Notes under the pieces: generated by a model
Database searches by the model: none
What the model was told of the DNA's origin: nothing
The model's input: only the letters and a program-made list of their open reading frames with translations
Position numbers and translations under genes: made by a program
Shown: piece by piece, positions 29,170 through 39,700 of the stretch
How the letters are laid out: every line of letters begins with the position of its first letter
Position numbering within the stretch: position 1 is the stretch's first letter
Origin: an uncultured Acidimicrobiaceae bacterium
GTDB lineage: Bacteria > Actinomycetota > Acidimicrobiia > Acidimicrobiales > Palsa-688
DNA length: 64,000 bases
Direction: 5' to 3'
NCBI GenBank assembly: GCA_963786345.1
Contig: CAWAYZ010000014.1
Span: forward strand, 45,557-109,556

Positions 29170-30252
29170 TCACACCTTTGGCGAGAGGGTCAGGATTTCA
29201 CAACCGGCGCCGGTGACCAAGACGGTGTCCTCGGTGCGTGCGCCGCCGAGCCCAGGGACGTACACGCCGGGTTCGACGGTAACCACCTGACCAGAGCAAA
29301 GTATATCCTCCGACCGCACTCCCAGGGCGGGCGCTTCATGGATGTCGAGGCCCACGCCGTGCCCGGTACCGTGCACGAACAGCTCGGAGAACCCGGCAGC
29401 GTCGACGACTTCCCGGCACGCCCTGTCGACCTCGGCGGCGGCGACACCGTCGCGCACTGCGCAAAGTCCGGCGTCTTGAGCCGCGAGCACCACCGAGGCC
29501 ACCCGCGCCAGTTCCGGGGCGAGGTCACGTGCGCGGCCCATAGGGATGGTCCGGGTCATGTCGGAGCAGTAGCCGTCGACCCTCGCCCCGAAATCGACGA
29601 CCACGAGCTCCCCGTTGCCGATCTTGCGAAACGAAGGGTGATGGTGGGGCTCGGCAGCGTTCGGCCCTGCAGCCACGATCGTCTCGAAGGCAGGCTCCTC
29701 GGCCCCCAGGCGCCGCATCTCGGTGTCAAGGGCGAGGGCCACTTCGGCCTCGGTCGGGCCTTCCCCGAGCATCCGGCGCACACTCACGAGCGCCGCATCG
29801 GCGATGGCGGCCGCAGCAGCGATACGGGCTATCTCGCCGGCGTCCTTGCGCACCCGGAGACCCTCGACGAGGTCGCTCGTAGGCACCAGCTCGACGTCCC
29901 TGGCCCAACCCTCGGACCACCTCCCAAAGCGCGCCCAACTTATGTGCTCGCCCTCCAGGCCGAGCCGCCCGATGCCCTTGACGAGCTCCCCCAATAGCTC
30001 CACCTGCTCGGCGCCTCCCAGGGCCTCCGTACGGGCAGGCGCACCGGAGACGGCCAACTCCGCGGGCGCCTGTTCCCCGTAGCGCCCGTCGGTGACGATG
30101 ACTGCGTCGTCAGCGCGCACCATGAGGAGGCCGGCGGAACCGGTGAAGCCAGTGAGATAGCGGATGTTGGAGTGGCTGGAAATGAGGAGCGCCTCGCAGC
30201 CAGCCCCGTCCAGCAGCTCCCGCAGCCGCGCGATGCGACCGGGCACCTCCAT
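29170..30252 (-). CDS. M24-family Xaa-Pro aminopeptidase/dipeptidase
   Basis: RIARLRELL...[13 protein letters not shown] in the N-domain, and [16 protein letters not shown]...[13 protein letters not shown]...EPG.Y in the pita-bread domain. ATG 30252 (MEVPGR) is preferred over the tracked 30522 start. Confidence 0.85.
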   Translation of the reverse strand: MEVPGRIARLRELLDGAGCEALLISSHSNIRYLTGFTGSAGLLMVRADDAVIVTDGRYGEQAPAELAVSGAPARTEALGGAEQVELLGELVKGIGRLGLEGEHISWARFGRWSEGWARDVELVPTSDLVEGLRVRKDAGEIARIAAAAAIADAALVSVRRMLGEGPTEAEVALALDTEMRRLGAEEPAFETIVAAGPNAAEPHHHPSFRKIGNGELVVVDFGARVDGYCSDMTRTIPMGRARDLAPELARVASVVLAAQDAGLCAVRDGVAAAEVDRACREVVDAAGFSELFVHGTGHGVGLDIHEAPALGVRSEDILCSGQVVTVEPGVYVPGLGGARTEDTVLVTGAGCEILTLSPKV

Positions 30253-30337
30253 CGTGGCCAGGTCGCTGCGAGCCGGGCCGCGGGGGCCACCGGCCTGCGG
30301 CACAGATCGTGGTGGACGGGCGCTCACCTCCGCCATC

Positions 30338-31299
30338 GTGGCACGCTTGTCAACCGATGAGCGAACACGAGCCCAGCGCCTCGGCCACCGAGCCGACGCG
30401 CGCGAACCAACGCGCGAACCAACGCGCGAGCCGACGCGCGAGCCGACGCGCGGGCCGACCGCCCGGCTCCTCCTCTCGGCCCCTGACCGCCCTGGGCTTG
30501 TGGCGTCTATCGCCGAGTTCATCTACCGCAACGGCGGGGACGTTACCGAGGCGGACCAGCACACCGACGAAGAAGAGGAGATGTTCTTCCAGCGCGTCGA
30601 GTTCCGCCTCGCCGGCATCAAGCTCTCGCGCGAGGAGCTTTCGCAGGCCCTGGCCGAGGTGGCCGCCCCCCTCAAAATGAAATGGTCCATCCGCTACTCC
30701 GACGAGGAGCGGCGCGTCGCTGTGCTCGCCTCGCGCCAGCCTCACTGCCTGGTGGACCTGCTGGGCCGCTGGTACGCCCACGAGCTCCCCGGTCGGCCCG
30801 TGCTCGTGGCCTCCAACCACCGCGACCACGCCGAGCTAGTGAGCCGGTTCGGGATCGAATACCAACACCTGCCCGTCATCAAAGGTACGCGGGACGACCA
30901 AGAGGAGTTGTTGCTCGAGGCGCTCGCCGATGCGAACGTCGAGCTGGTGGTGCTGGCGCGTTACATGCAGGTCCTATCGGAACGGGTCATCGACGCTTAC
31001 CCCTCCCGGGTGATCAACATCCACCATTCCTTCCTACCGGCCTTCTCGGGCGGCCAGCCCTACCTCCAGGCCCACGCCCGCGGCGTGAAGCTGATCGGGG
31101 CCACGGCGCATTACGCGACCGCCGAGCTCGACCAGGCCCGATAATCGAACAGGACACTGCACGCGTGTCGCACCGTGACGGGGTGGGCGACCTCGCCCAA
31201 ACCGGCCGGGACCTGGAGACCGTTGTACTGGCCAGGGCTGTCCGCCTCCACCTGACGGACCGTGTCCTCGTCCACGGCCACAAGACGGTGGTGTTCTAG
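30338..31299 (+). CDS. purU: formyltetrahydrofolate deformylase, frame interrupted near 31133
   Basis: ACT-like [19 protein letters not shown], then [16 protein letters not shown]...[13 protein letters not shown] followed by a premature stop. The expected [15 protein letters not shown]...[10 protein letters not shown]...KTVVF continues in the neighbouring frame to 31299. The start is uncertain (GTG 30338 or TTG 30347). Confidence 0.85.
30390..30461. repeat. 12-nt tandem repeat x6 (gcgaaccaacgc / gcgagccgacgc variants) in the purU N-terminus
   Basis: Read directly from the sequence. It encodes (REPT)n on the plus strand, and the same DNA reads (VGSR)n in the over-long minus-strand ORF. Confidence 0.9.
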
Positions 31300-31355
31300 A
31301 GCGGACGGTGTTCTAAAGCGGACGGGGTCCCAGAGCAAACGGTTTTCTAGAGACC
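31290..31355. repeat. 17-nt tandem repeat x4 spanning the purU stop (ggtgttctagagcggac and variants)
   Basis: Units at 31290-31306, 31307-31323, 31324-31340 and 31341-31355. Units 1, 2 and 4 carry TAG or TAA at the same offset. Confidence 0.88.
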
Positions 31356-31358
31356 AGG

Positions 31359-32648
31359 TTACGGGCGGCGGGGCGCTGCCTTCTTTGGTGGACGTCCCAA
31401 GTCGGTGAGCCTAGGTGCGAGATCTCCCTTCGGACCGACCAGCAGGCTCGATAGCCCGAGCCATTCCCGAAGGCGGTGTAGCTCGGCCAAGGCCGCCTCG
31501 GCTACTGCACCGGTCGCCTGCCCCGGTTCGGCGAAGGCGCCCACGACCAACAAGCCATCCCCCTTCCGATCGGACTTCAGGTCTAAGCGGGCGACTAGTG
31601 CGTCCCCCAGTAGCAACGGCATGACGTAATAGCCGTGCGTTCGGAGCTGCCCTGGGACATAGATCTCGATGCGGTAGTGGAACTCAAAGAGCCGTTCAGC
31701 GCGTGGACGCGTCCATATAAGCGAGTCGAACGGGGAGACCAGAGTCGCGCTCGCCCGTTTTGGCGGCCTAGGGCGCAGGCCCGGCGCGATGTAAGCAGGC
31801 TGAGGCCAGCCCTCGACAGCGACTTGGAGCAGGCGACCTTCTCCCACGAGCTCCGCCACTAGTAACCGCGCTCTTTGGGGCCGCAACCAGAAATAGTCAG
31901 CGAGGTCAGCCTCAGTGGCGACACCTAGGCAGCGAGCGGCCAGGGCGATCAGCTGCTTCTGAGCGTCCTCGTCTGCGGGTGTGGGCATTTCCAGCACGGC
32001 CGCCGGGATCACTCGCTCGGTCAGGTCATAAATGCGCTCGAAGTTTGGGCTTCGCCAGGCCGACAACACACCATCGCCGAAAAGGAGCTCGAGCGCTCGG
32101 CGCCCGGTGCTACGACGGTCCCACCATTCGCCCGTCTGGCGCCGGGGATCTGAGAGCTGGGAGGCAGCTAACGGGCCCCGCTCGGTGACCTCGGCCAGGA
32201 TGTAGGCGATGTACGCGGAGTGAGCCGCTCGCCAAGCGCGACGCCTTTCTTGGGCCGCTGCGCTGTCGACCAGGTCATCACGCCAGCGTTGCATGCGCCA
32301 ACGGAACAGCGGGTGCAGCTCCACCGGCAAGAGCGAAGCGGCATGGCCCCAGTACTCCAGCCAGCTACCCTGCGGCTCGGAGAGGCTGCGCAGCACTGCC
32401 GGGTCGTACGGCCCCAGACGGCTAAAAGGGACCAAGAACTGGGTACGGGCAAGAACGTTGACGGCGTCGAGCTGTATGGTGCCGAGCTGGCCCATGACCC
32501 CGAGCAGCTGAGCCTTCGTCTTTGCTGCCGTGCCCCTGACCCCGGTCGTGGCGGGACGTGGCGCGCTGAGCCCTTGGGCAGCTATGGCCAACCAGCGGGC
32601 CTCAGTGCTCGACAGCTGAGCGCTGGACAGAGATCTTGCGCCAGGCAT
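31359..32648 (-). CDS. winged-helix YcaQ/AlkZ-like protein (putative DNA glycosylase family)
   Basis: 429-aa ORF. LGTIQLDAVNVLARTQFLVPFSRLGPYD...WLEYWGHAASLLP...YVMPLL pattern as recalled for the YcaQ (DUF1006) family. Confidence 0.7.
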   Translation of the reverse strand: MPGARSLSSAQLSSTEARWLAIAAQGLSAPRPATTGVRGTAAKTKAQLLGVMGQLGTIQLDAVNVLARTQFLVPFSRLGPYDPAVLRSLSEPQGSWLEYWGHAASLLPVELHPLFRWRMQRWRDDLVDSAAAQERRRAWRAAHSAYIAYILAEVTERGPLAASQLSDPRRQTGEWWDRRSTGRRALELLFGDGVLSAWRSPNFERIYDLTERVIPAAVLEMPTPADEDAQKQLIALAARCLGVATEADLADYFWLRPQRARLLVAELVGEGRLLQVAVEGWPQPAYIAPGLRPRPPKRASATLVSPFDSLIWTRPRAERLFEFHYRIEIYVPGQLRTHGYYVMPLLLGDALVARLDLKSDRKGDGLLVVGAFAEPGQATGAVAEAALAELHRLREWLGLSSLLVGPKGDLAPRLTDLGRPPKKAAPRRP

Positions 32649-32677
32649 GGGGAATGGCGAGCTTATAGAGGTCCCAC

Positions 32678-33730
32678 CTAGGACGGCCCCCAGCCGGCAG
32701 CTTCGTAGACGTCGAGGACGAGCTTGAGCGCCCGGTAGCCGTCCTCACCGCTCACCGAGTGCGGCCGGCCCTCGACGATGGCCGAGGTGATATCGGCCAG
32801 CTGTGCCCGGTGGCCGCCGGGAAAGTCCAAGGCGCTGACGTCGCCCTCGGTCGGGCTCTCGTCGCCGTCTTGGAGCTTGGCCGCCACCAACGCCCCGTTC
32901 TCCAAGACGATGGTCCCCTCCGTACCGCTAACCCGAAGCGTCGTCGGGAAGCCGGGGAACGCCACAGTGCTCGCCTCGAACATCCCGAGCGCCCCGTCTT
33001 CGAAGCGGAGCACTGCCAGCGCGAGATCCTCGACCTCTATGTCATGGGCGAGGGTGGCGCAGTGGGCCGAGAGCACCTCGGGCTGGCCGCAGAGCCAGCA
33101 AACGAGGTCGGCATAGTGGACGCTCTGGTTCATGAGAGCCCCTCCCCCGTCCATCGCCCACGTCCCACGCCACTGCGCACTGTCGTAATAGGCCTGCGAC
33201 CTATGCCACGGCACGCTCGCCCAGACCTCGACGAGCCGGCCCAGGCGGCCGCTGGCGAGCAAGGCCTTGGCGCGCTGCACGCCAGGGTTGTAGCGCTGCT
33301 GGGAGATGACCGAGAGGCTGACGCCTCGAGCCGCTGCGCCGTCGATCAACCGGCGCGCCGCCACCAGGGAGATATCGATCGGTTTTTCGACCACCACATG
33401 CCTGCCGGCCTCGGCTACGGCAAGGCCCATTTCGGCGTGCAAGCCGCTCGGCACCAAGACGCAGACGGCTTCGACTTCTGTCATCGCCAGCAGGTTCTCG
33501 ACGCTGCCTGCATCGACGACGCCATGCTCATCGGCAAAGCGCGCCGCATGGGCGCTATCGAGGTCGCTCACGGCGACCAGGCGCGCCTCCGCCAGCCCGT
33601 CGAACGCGGCAGCGTAGGTCGCGCCGATGGCCCCGCAGCCGACAAGGCCGAAGCCGAGCGGGCCGCGACCAACCAGCTCGCGACCACCTAGCCCGGGGCT
33701 GGACGGCCCGGTACCAGGAAGTACTGCCAC
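32678..33730 (-). CDS. Gfo/Idh/MocA-family oxidoreductase
   Basis: N-terminal Rossmann GFGLVGCGAIG and EKPI motifs, with a typical length of 350 aa. Confidence 0.85.
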   Translation of the reverse strand: MAVLPGTGPSSPGLGGRELVGRGPLGFGLVGCGAIGATYAAAFDGLAEARLVAVSDLDSAHAARFADEHGVVDAGSVENLLAMTEVEAVCVLVPSGLHAEMGLAVAEAGRHVVVEKPIDISLVAARRLIDGAAARGVSLSVISQQRYNPGVQRAKALLASGRLGRLVEVWASVPWHRSQAYYDSAQWRGTWAMDGGGALMNQSVHYADLVCWLCGQPEVLSAHCATLAHDIEVEDLALAVLRFEDGALGMFEASTVAFPGFPTTLRVSGTEGTIVLENGALVAAKLQDGDESPTEGDVSALDFPGGHRAQLADITSAIVEGRPHSVSGEDGYRALKLVLDVYEAAGWGPS

Positions 33731-33834
33731 TCAGGCCGGCCTGGGGGGTGCGTCCAAGCCGACCTGAGTGCCCGCCACCTTCGTCCATCGCCCTCGCTCA
33801 GCCACCAAAGGTGGAGGCTAACCGAGCGGAGGGC

Positions 33835-34647
33835 TCATGGAAGAGCTTGCATCCATCTCCGAAGGGTCTCCGCCTGGGGGCGGAGAGACTGTTCGGGCGA
33901 GGCCAGTTCGGGGTGCCATTTCTTCTCGAACTCGAGCGACACCCACCCCACGTACCCGGCTGAGCGCAGAAGGCTCAACAGATCGGGCACCGGCACTTCG
34001 CCCTCGCCGATTGGGACCAGCTGCCACTGGTCCGGCCGGCTCGGGTCGCGGCGTGCGTCTTTCACCTGGACCAACGAAATGTGGCGGCCCAGAGTCTCAA
34101 GCACCTCCGGGGGGCGCTCACCCATCCTGTGGGGATGAAGCGAGTCGTAAACAGCACCCGCACTCCCACCGACGTAGTTCAGCACCTCCGCCACAACATG
34201 AGCGCTCGAGAAGTCGTCGTGGGTCTCGAGCGCCAAGCGGGCACCGTAGTACCCGGCCAACGGAGCCGCCTCCGCCAGCAGTTCCGCCGCCTGCTTTATC
34301 GCGTCCCGCCTCATGTCAGGGCTTTCCGGGAGCGAACCGCCAAAGACGCGCAGCAAAGGCGCTCCCCACTGAGCGGCGATCTCCGCCATTGCGTCGAGGT
34401 CGTACAGGAAGGCGTGCCTGTCCGACGTGACGAGCTGGAGCGAGGTGTCGAGGGCTGCGACGCTCACACCGCTCGAGCGCAGAGCGGCCTCGGCCCGCCG
34501 GCGGGAGGAGTGGCTGAGCAAGGGTGTCACCACGTCGCCATCGAAAAGACGGATCTCGATGCCATCGAAGCCGTACGTCGCCACAGCCTCTACGGTGCGT
34601 TCGAAAGGCCATTCGGGGCAAGCGAGGTTGCTATAGCTCAGACGCAT
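33835..34647 (-). CDS. sugar phosphate isomerase/epimerase (xylose-isomerase-like TIM barrel)
   Basis: 270-aa ORF. GFDGIEIR...LALETHDDF...VSLEFE pattern of the AP endonuclease 2 / TIM-barrel family. Confidence 0.8.
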   Translation of the reverse strand: MRLSYSNLACPEWPFERTVEAVATYGFDGIEIRLFDGDVVTPLLSHSSRRRAEAALRSSGVSVAALDTSLQLVTSDRHAFLYDLDAMAEIAAQWGAPLLRVFGGSLPESPDMRRDAIKQAAELLAEAAPLAGYYGARLALETHDDFSSAHVVAEVLNYVGGSAGAVYDSLHPHRMGERPPEVLETLGRHISLVQVKDARRDPSRPDQWQLVPIGEGEVPVPDLLSLLRSAGYVGWVSLEFEKKWHPELASPEQSLRPQAETLRRWMQALP

Positions 34648-34711
34648 GATGATTCCCTACCCAGCGAATTTGGTCCCATTCGTCCTTGCTTATTTTTCTG
34701 CTACCGGCCGA

Positions 34712-35278
34712 CTACCTGCTGTGACGCCCGGCCCGCAGGATCGCCGCAACAGCTTCGATCGCCAAACGGTACCCATCGCCGCCGAAGCCTGCGATCACGC
34801 CGGTCGCCACCGGGCTAACGACCGAAACGTGGCGCCAGGGTTCCCGGCGCTTGGGGTTGCTGATGTGCAGTTCGACGATCGGCCCTTCAAAAGCCGCCAG
34901 GGCGTCGTGGAGCGACCACGAGTAATGGGTGAGCGCCCCTGGGTTGACCACGATCGCGGCGGCGCGCCCGCGTGCTTCGTGGACCGCCTCGATGAGCGCC
35001 CCCTCGTAGTCGGACTGGACGTGCTCGAGCGCGAGGGCGTGCTCAGCCGCCGCCACGGTGGCCTTGGCGACGTGGTCGGCCAGGGTGTCGCGCCCGTAGA
35101 TCTCCGGCTGGCGTTGGCCGAGCAAGTTGAGGTTCGGCCCGGATAGCAGCAGCACGATCGCGTCAGGGAGCCGCTCAGGGATCTCTTCCTGGCGCCGTCC
35201 GGTCAACTCGGTCACCGTGTCAGCTGTCCCGGTGACGATTGTGAGCTCCGGTCGTGCGGGCGGTTCCTGGGGAGGCAT
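34712..35278 (-). CDS. aroQ: type II 3-dehydroquinate dehydratase
   Basis: LLLSGPNLNLLGQRQPEIYG...NPGALTHYS...VELHISNP...RH.S motifs, with an N-terminal extension of about 40 aa. Confidence 0.92.
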   Translation of the reverse strand: MPPQEPPARPELTIVTGTADTVTELTGRRQEEIPERLPDAIVLLLSGPNLNLLGQRQPEIYGRDTLADHVAKATVAAAEHALALEHVQSDYEGALIEAVHEARGRAAAIVVNPGALTHYSWSLHDALAAFEGPIVELHISNPKRREPWRHVSVVSPVATGVIAGFGGDGYRLAIEAVAAILRAGRHSR

Positions 35279-35525
35279 CAGGCTCCTATGCGTGCTGAGC
35301 AGGCGGGCACTAATTGCCTAGCAGAACCAGAGCCCCAGTACGCAGCCCTTTTGGCCGAAGCACTGTAGGCCACTAAGTGGGCAAGTCGGGGCCCTTGCTG
35401 GAGCCTTTGCACTCAAGTTCGTCTTCTTCCGAGCCGACTACAGACGGGAGAACATCCAGCTATCCAAAGGCCGGTCAGAGCCAACACTCGGTCCGGCGGG
35501 CCCTTTAGCAGACGGAGTACACCAG

Positions 35526-36688
35526 GTGCGTTTCCAAGAACTTCGCGACGTAGACGGGATCGTGCTCGCTCAAGGCCTGCACCCCGCTATCGCAGTTGTC
35601 GCAGCAGGTCCCGCGGCACGCGCCGCTGCAATTACGGCCGTGGTGTCGACGAAGGGTTGCAAGGTCCTGCGCCCTTCGGACATAGAGGACGAACTGAAGC
35701 GGGCCGCGGTGACCGCGGTCGAACAGCATGAGTCCGCCGTCGAGCAGAAGAAGGGCAAAGTCGCCGAGGCCGAAAACGCGCTTACCGAGGCAAGCGACGC
35801 TGCCCAAGCCACCGCCCGCGAAACCACAGTCGCCACCGCCGACCTTGCTCGCTTCGACGACTTGGCCAGCCGCCTGGCCTTTGCAGAGGAGTCCTACGAG
35901 TCTGCGGTGCGAGCCGATGCTGAAGCCGCCCGCTCGCTCGCCGCGGCCCTCGGTGAACTGGACAGGATCCTCGGGCAACGTCACAGTGCGAGCACCTCGC
36001 TCGAACAGGCGCGCAAGTCCCGTGACAACCGCGGCGTACCTGAGGCCGTGCTCCAGCAAGCCATGAACCTTCAGGCCGCGCTGGCAAAGGCCGAGGCCGA
36101 CAAGCACGAGGCTGTTCAACAGGCAGACGACACGTCCCAAGCAGCTAGAGCGGCCAGCCGCGACGCGCTTGTGACCCTGGAGACGGCCCACACGGCGCTT
36201 CGCAGCGGGATGGCGCTAATCAGTTCCGGGCTCCGGATCGGGCCCGGGTGTGCCGCTGCCCGGCCTGGTCGCCAACTTCCGCGACCGCTTGGCGGCCGCG
36301 GTAGCCGGTACCCAAGCGGCCGAGGCGCATTCCAAGGGTGTAGAGCGCGCCGCCAGGAACCGCCTCGAAACCGAACGCAATGACCTCGATGCTCTCGACG
36401 CCACTAGGCGCCGTGCAACTTGACGCCCAGGGGACGATCGCCCAATGGGTGAGCGGCGAAAATTTCAACCAGGACGACGCTGTGTTCGCCGACGACGCCT
36501 TTGCCCGCTTCGACCCAGAAGGCGTGGCGGCACTCGTCACGATCCTCGCCGGGCGCGGGTGCCAGGTGATCTATCTCACAGAGGACGCCGAAGTGCTCGG
36601 CTGGGCGATCGGTCTCCCCCACGAAGCGGGCGGCGCTACAACGATAACCAACTCCCGTGCCCGCAAGCCAGTACTGGTTAGCGATTAA
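35526..36688 (+). CDS. SMC/RecF-like coiled-coil protein, readable only across three frames (breaks near 36240 and 36415)
   Basis: Long Ala/Glu-rich coiled-coil in frame 0 (35526-about 36240). It continues as ...VPLPGLVANFRDRLAAAVAGTQAAEAHSKGVERAARNRLETERNDLDALDA in frame 1. It then reads QLDAQGTIAQWVSGENF...VFADDAFARFDPEGVAALVTILAGRGCQVIYLTEDAEVLGWA in frame 2 (Walker-B/D-loop-like DDxFxxxD). No intact Walker A was seen. Confidence 0.4.
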
Positions 36689-36747
36689 CCACCCTTAACA
36701 GCAAACACTCCAGATACAAAACATCTGAGTTACCAGGAAAGGCAAAC

Positions 36748-39700
36748 GTGTTCCGGCACATAAGATCCAAACTAATTGCCGCCTTCGCCGTGCCGCTTGC
36801 CATCTTGGTTGCGGTCGCCGGGCTGGAATCCGTATCCGCCCTCGGTCAGGTCAACAGCGTCGACCAACAGACCGCCCTCGCCTCAGCGTCGGTAGGGCCC
36901 GGCGGCGTCGTGCAGGCACTGCAGAGAGAGCGGGAGTTCGGTGAGCTCTCGATATTCGCTGCCGCACATAAGCCGGCTGCAGCGCTGGTCGGGTTGTCGC
37001 CGTCCGCGGGCGGTTTCAATCAGGCACCCGCTGAGATCCTCGAACAAACCGACGCCGCGCTCAGCAGCTTCCGCTCGACCGTGGACCACTCCGGTCCGCA
37101 GGCCGAGCAGATCTACACCGGCGCTTTCGGCACGTTGACAGCCCTGTCGACCGCCCGCGGCTACTGGGCCAAGGCGGCAACAGACGTCACGACCAAGACC
37201 ACCAATATCGTCGATTACAGGAGCCTGGCGACAGAGACCTACCAGAGCTACACGAAAATGATCGACGCGCTCGTCGACGCCACAGCTCAGGTGCCCCTGC
37301 TCATCAGCGACACCACGTTGCGTACCGGCGTCGAAGCGCTCTACACAGGCCTGCAAAAGACCGAGTCTGACTGGCAAGTAGTCGAGGATCTGGTCGTCGC
37401 CTCATGGGAAAAGGGCTCGGCACAGACCGCGCAGTTCGCCACTACCAACGAGGACTGGGGCGCCGACCTTTCGTGGGGTCAGCGCCTCGCCTCCCTCGGC
37501 ACCGGCACGTTCCAAACCGCCATCGGTAACCTGAGCCTGGACCAGGTCGGCAGTGCTCTCGCGTCTGACATCGGCCTCATCCAGACAGGTGCCATCCCGC
37601 TGCTCACCAGCGTGCTGGACGCATTCACGGCGCCCGCTGGCGACACTGCATCGACGGTTAACGTCACGTTCACCCAGCTCGGGGAGAACCAGATCGCTGC
37701 AATCGTCAACGACCGTGCCAACACGCTGCACAACAACGCGGTGATAGCGGCGATCGAGTTCGGCGTCCTCGGGGCGTTCGGCACGATCCTCGGCTTCCTG
37801 CTCATTGCACTGGTCAGCCGCTCGGTTTCCAAGCCTCTCATCGACCTCGCGAACCAGGCGGACAAGCTAGCCACCGAGACCCTTCCCGCCACCGTCAAGG
37901 CAATCTTGGAGGCCGCCAGTTCAGGTGCGGAACCCCCCAAGCCGCCAAAGGTCGTTGTCAACAGCCGTGATGAGGTCTCGGAAATGGCAAGGGCCCTGGA
38001 GGCGGTCAACAAGACTGCCGTCGAGCTGGCAACTGGCCAGGCCGCCCTACGGCGCAACCTTGCCGACGCCTTCGTCAACCTCGGGCGTCGCAACCAGAAC
38101 CTGGTGACCAGGCAGCTCGAGTACATCAGCGAGATCGAGCTCAAAGAGGCGGACCCCGAATCGCTCGAGGAGCTCTTCCGCCTCGACCACCTCGCGACCC
38201 GCATGCGACGTAACGCCGAGTCGCTGCTCATCCTCGCCGGGAGCGGCCCGGCTCGCCAATGGAGCGCCGCCGTCCCCGCAATGGACGTCGCTCGCGCAGC
38301 GTCGGCTGAGGTCGAGGACTACAAGCGCCTGCGGCTGCACCACTTCGACCCGGCGATGATGACCGGGGCCGTCACTACTGACCTCGTGCACATCATGGCC
38401 GAGCTAGTCGAAAATGCGCTCACCTTCTCGCCCCCGGGGTCCCCTGTGGACGTCTACGGCCGGTTCCTCGAAGGCGGCTACGTGATCGTCATCGTGGACT
38501 CCGGTATCGGGATGTCGGCTGAAGACCTCGACCTCGCGAACCACCGCCTCGGAGGCGAGGGCTCCGAAAGCGAAGTCCCGGGCCGCTATCTGGGCCACTT
38601 CGTCGCCGGGCGCCTGGCAGCTCGCCACGGCATCGCCATCTCGCTGCAGTCCTCACACTCCGGCGGCCTGGTCGCCCGCGTCAAGATCCCCGCCTCACTG
38701 ATCGAGGAGCCCGTACCCGACCTTTCAGCCGTCGCGGAGGTCCGTTCGGCGCTGCCACCGTCTTACGAGCCGGCCGCACCGGCGCCTCCCACCCCGTTCG
38801 AGGACAGGGTCTTCGAGTCCCCGTTCGTCCCATTGACCCCCGACGAGGTCGAGAACCGCGAGGAGGCGGAGAGCCCGGCCCAAGCTTCGGTCGTGTTCGA
38901 AGCTCCATCGCCGTTCGAAGCTTTGCCCGTGTTCGAGGCTCCAGCCGCATTCGAAGCTCCGCCCGCGTTCGAAGCTCCTACCGTTTTTGAAGCTCCTGCC
39001 GTGTCGGAGGCCCCGGCCGTCTCGGAAACTCCTGCTGTGTCAGAAACCCCGCCGGCGGTCGAAGACCCCGTGGCGTACGAAGCTCACGCCGCCTACGAAA
39101 CTCCGGCCGTGTTCGAAGCTCTGGCAAATTTCGAAGCCGCGAGGCGCTCACCAGAGCCGGCTCCCTCCGTAGAGAGCGACACTGCACCGGCGGGCCCGTT
39201 TTTCGCCAGCGCTTTAGGTCCCCCCACTCTTGCCAGCCGATTTGGGCAGCAGCCCGATGAAAAAGTTGCCGCCGGACAAGACGCAGACGGGGTTGTCGCC
39301 GAGGCTCCCCCCTCAAGGGCCACGGCCTCCAATTTCGAGGTTGGCGGCGAATTTGGCTACCGAGCCGAAGAGGCGACGGAAGAGGATCACGACCACGCCG
39401 TAGGCGCCGCGGCCAGCAGTGACAAGCAGTCCGGTTACCTCCCGGACTGGGCCGGAGAGATCTCCGATCCTGCCTGGGATTACGGCGAAACCGAGCTCGA
39501 GGAAGATGCCGCCCAAGCCACAAGCGCCAGCGACGCCACCGCAGCCCCAACAATTGCACCCTTCGACTGGGCGGCACTCGCTGCCACCGATAGCCCTGCT
39601 CCCCCGAAGGCCGCCGGCTCCAACGGCGCCTCCAGCCCGGTCCCGGCGGCCCCGGTCCCGGACGCCTGGGACCCGATGGTGACCCAGAAGGACACAAGCA

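Noticed and set aside
35279-35525. Start-codon-free 247-nt region considered as a tRNA, riboswitch or sRNA gene.
   Set aside because: I recognised no tRNA cloverleaf or T-loop consensus and no known riboswitch motif. It is at least as well explained as the degenerate 5' part of the fragmented SMC-like gene. A covariance-model scan would be needed.
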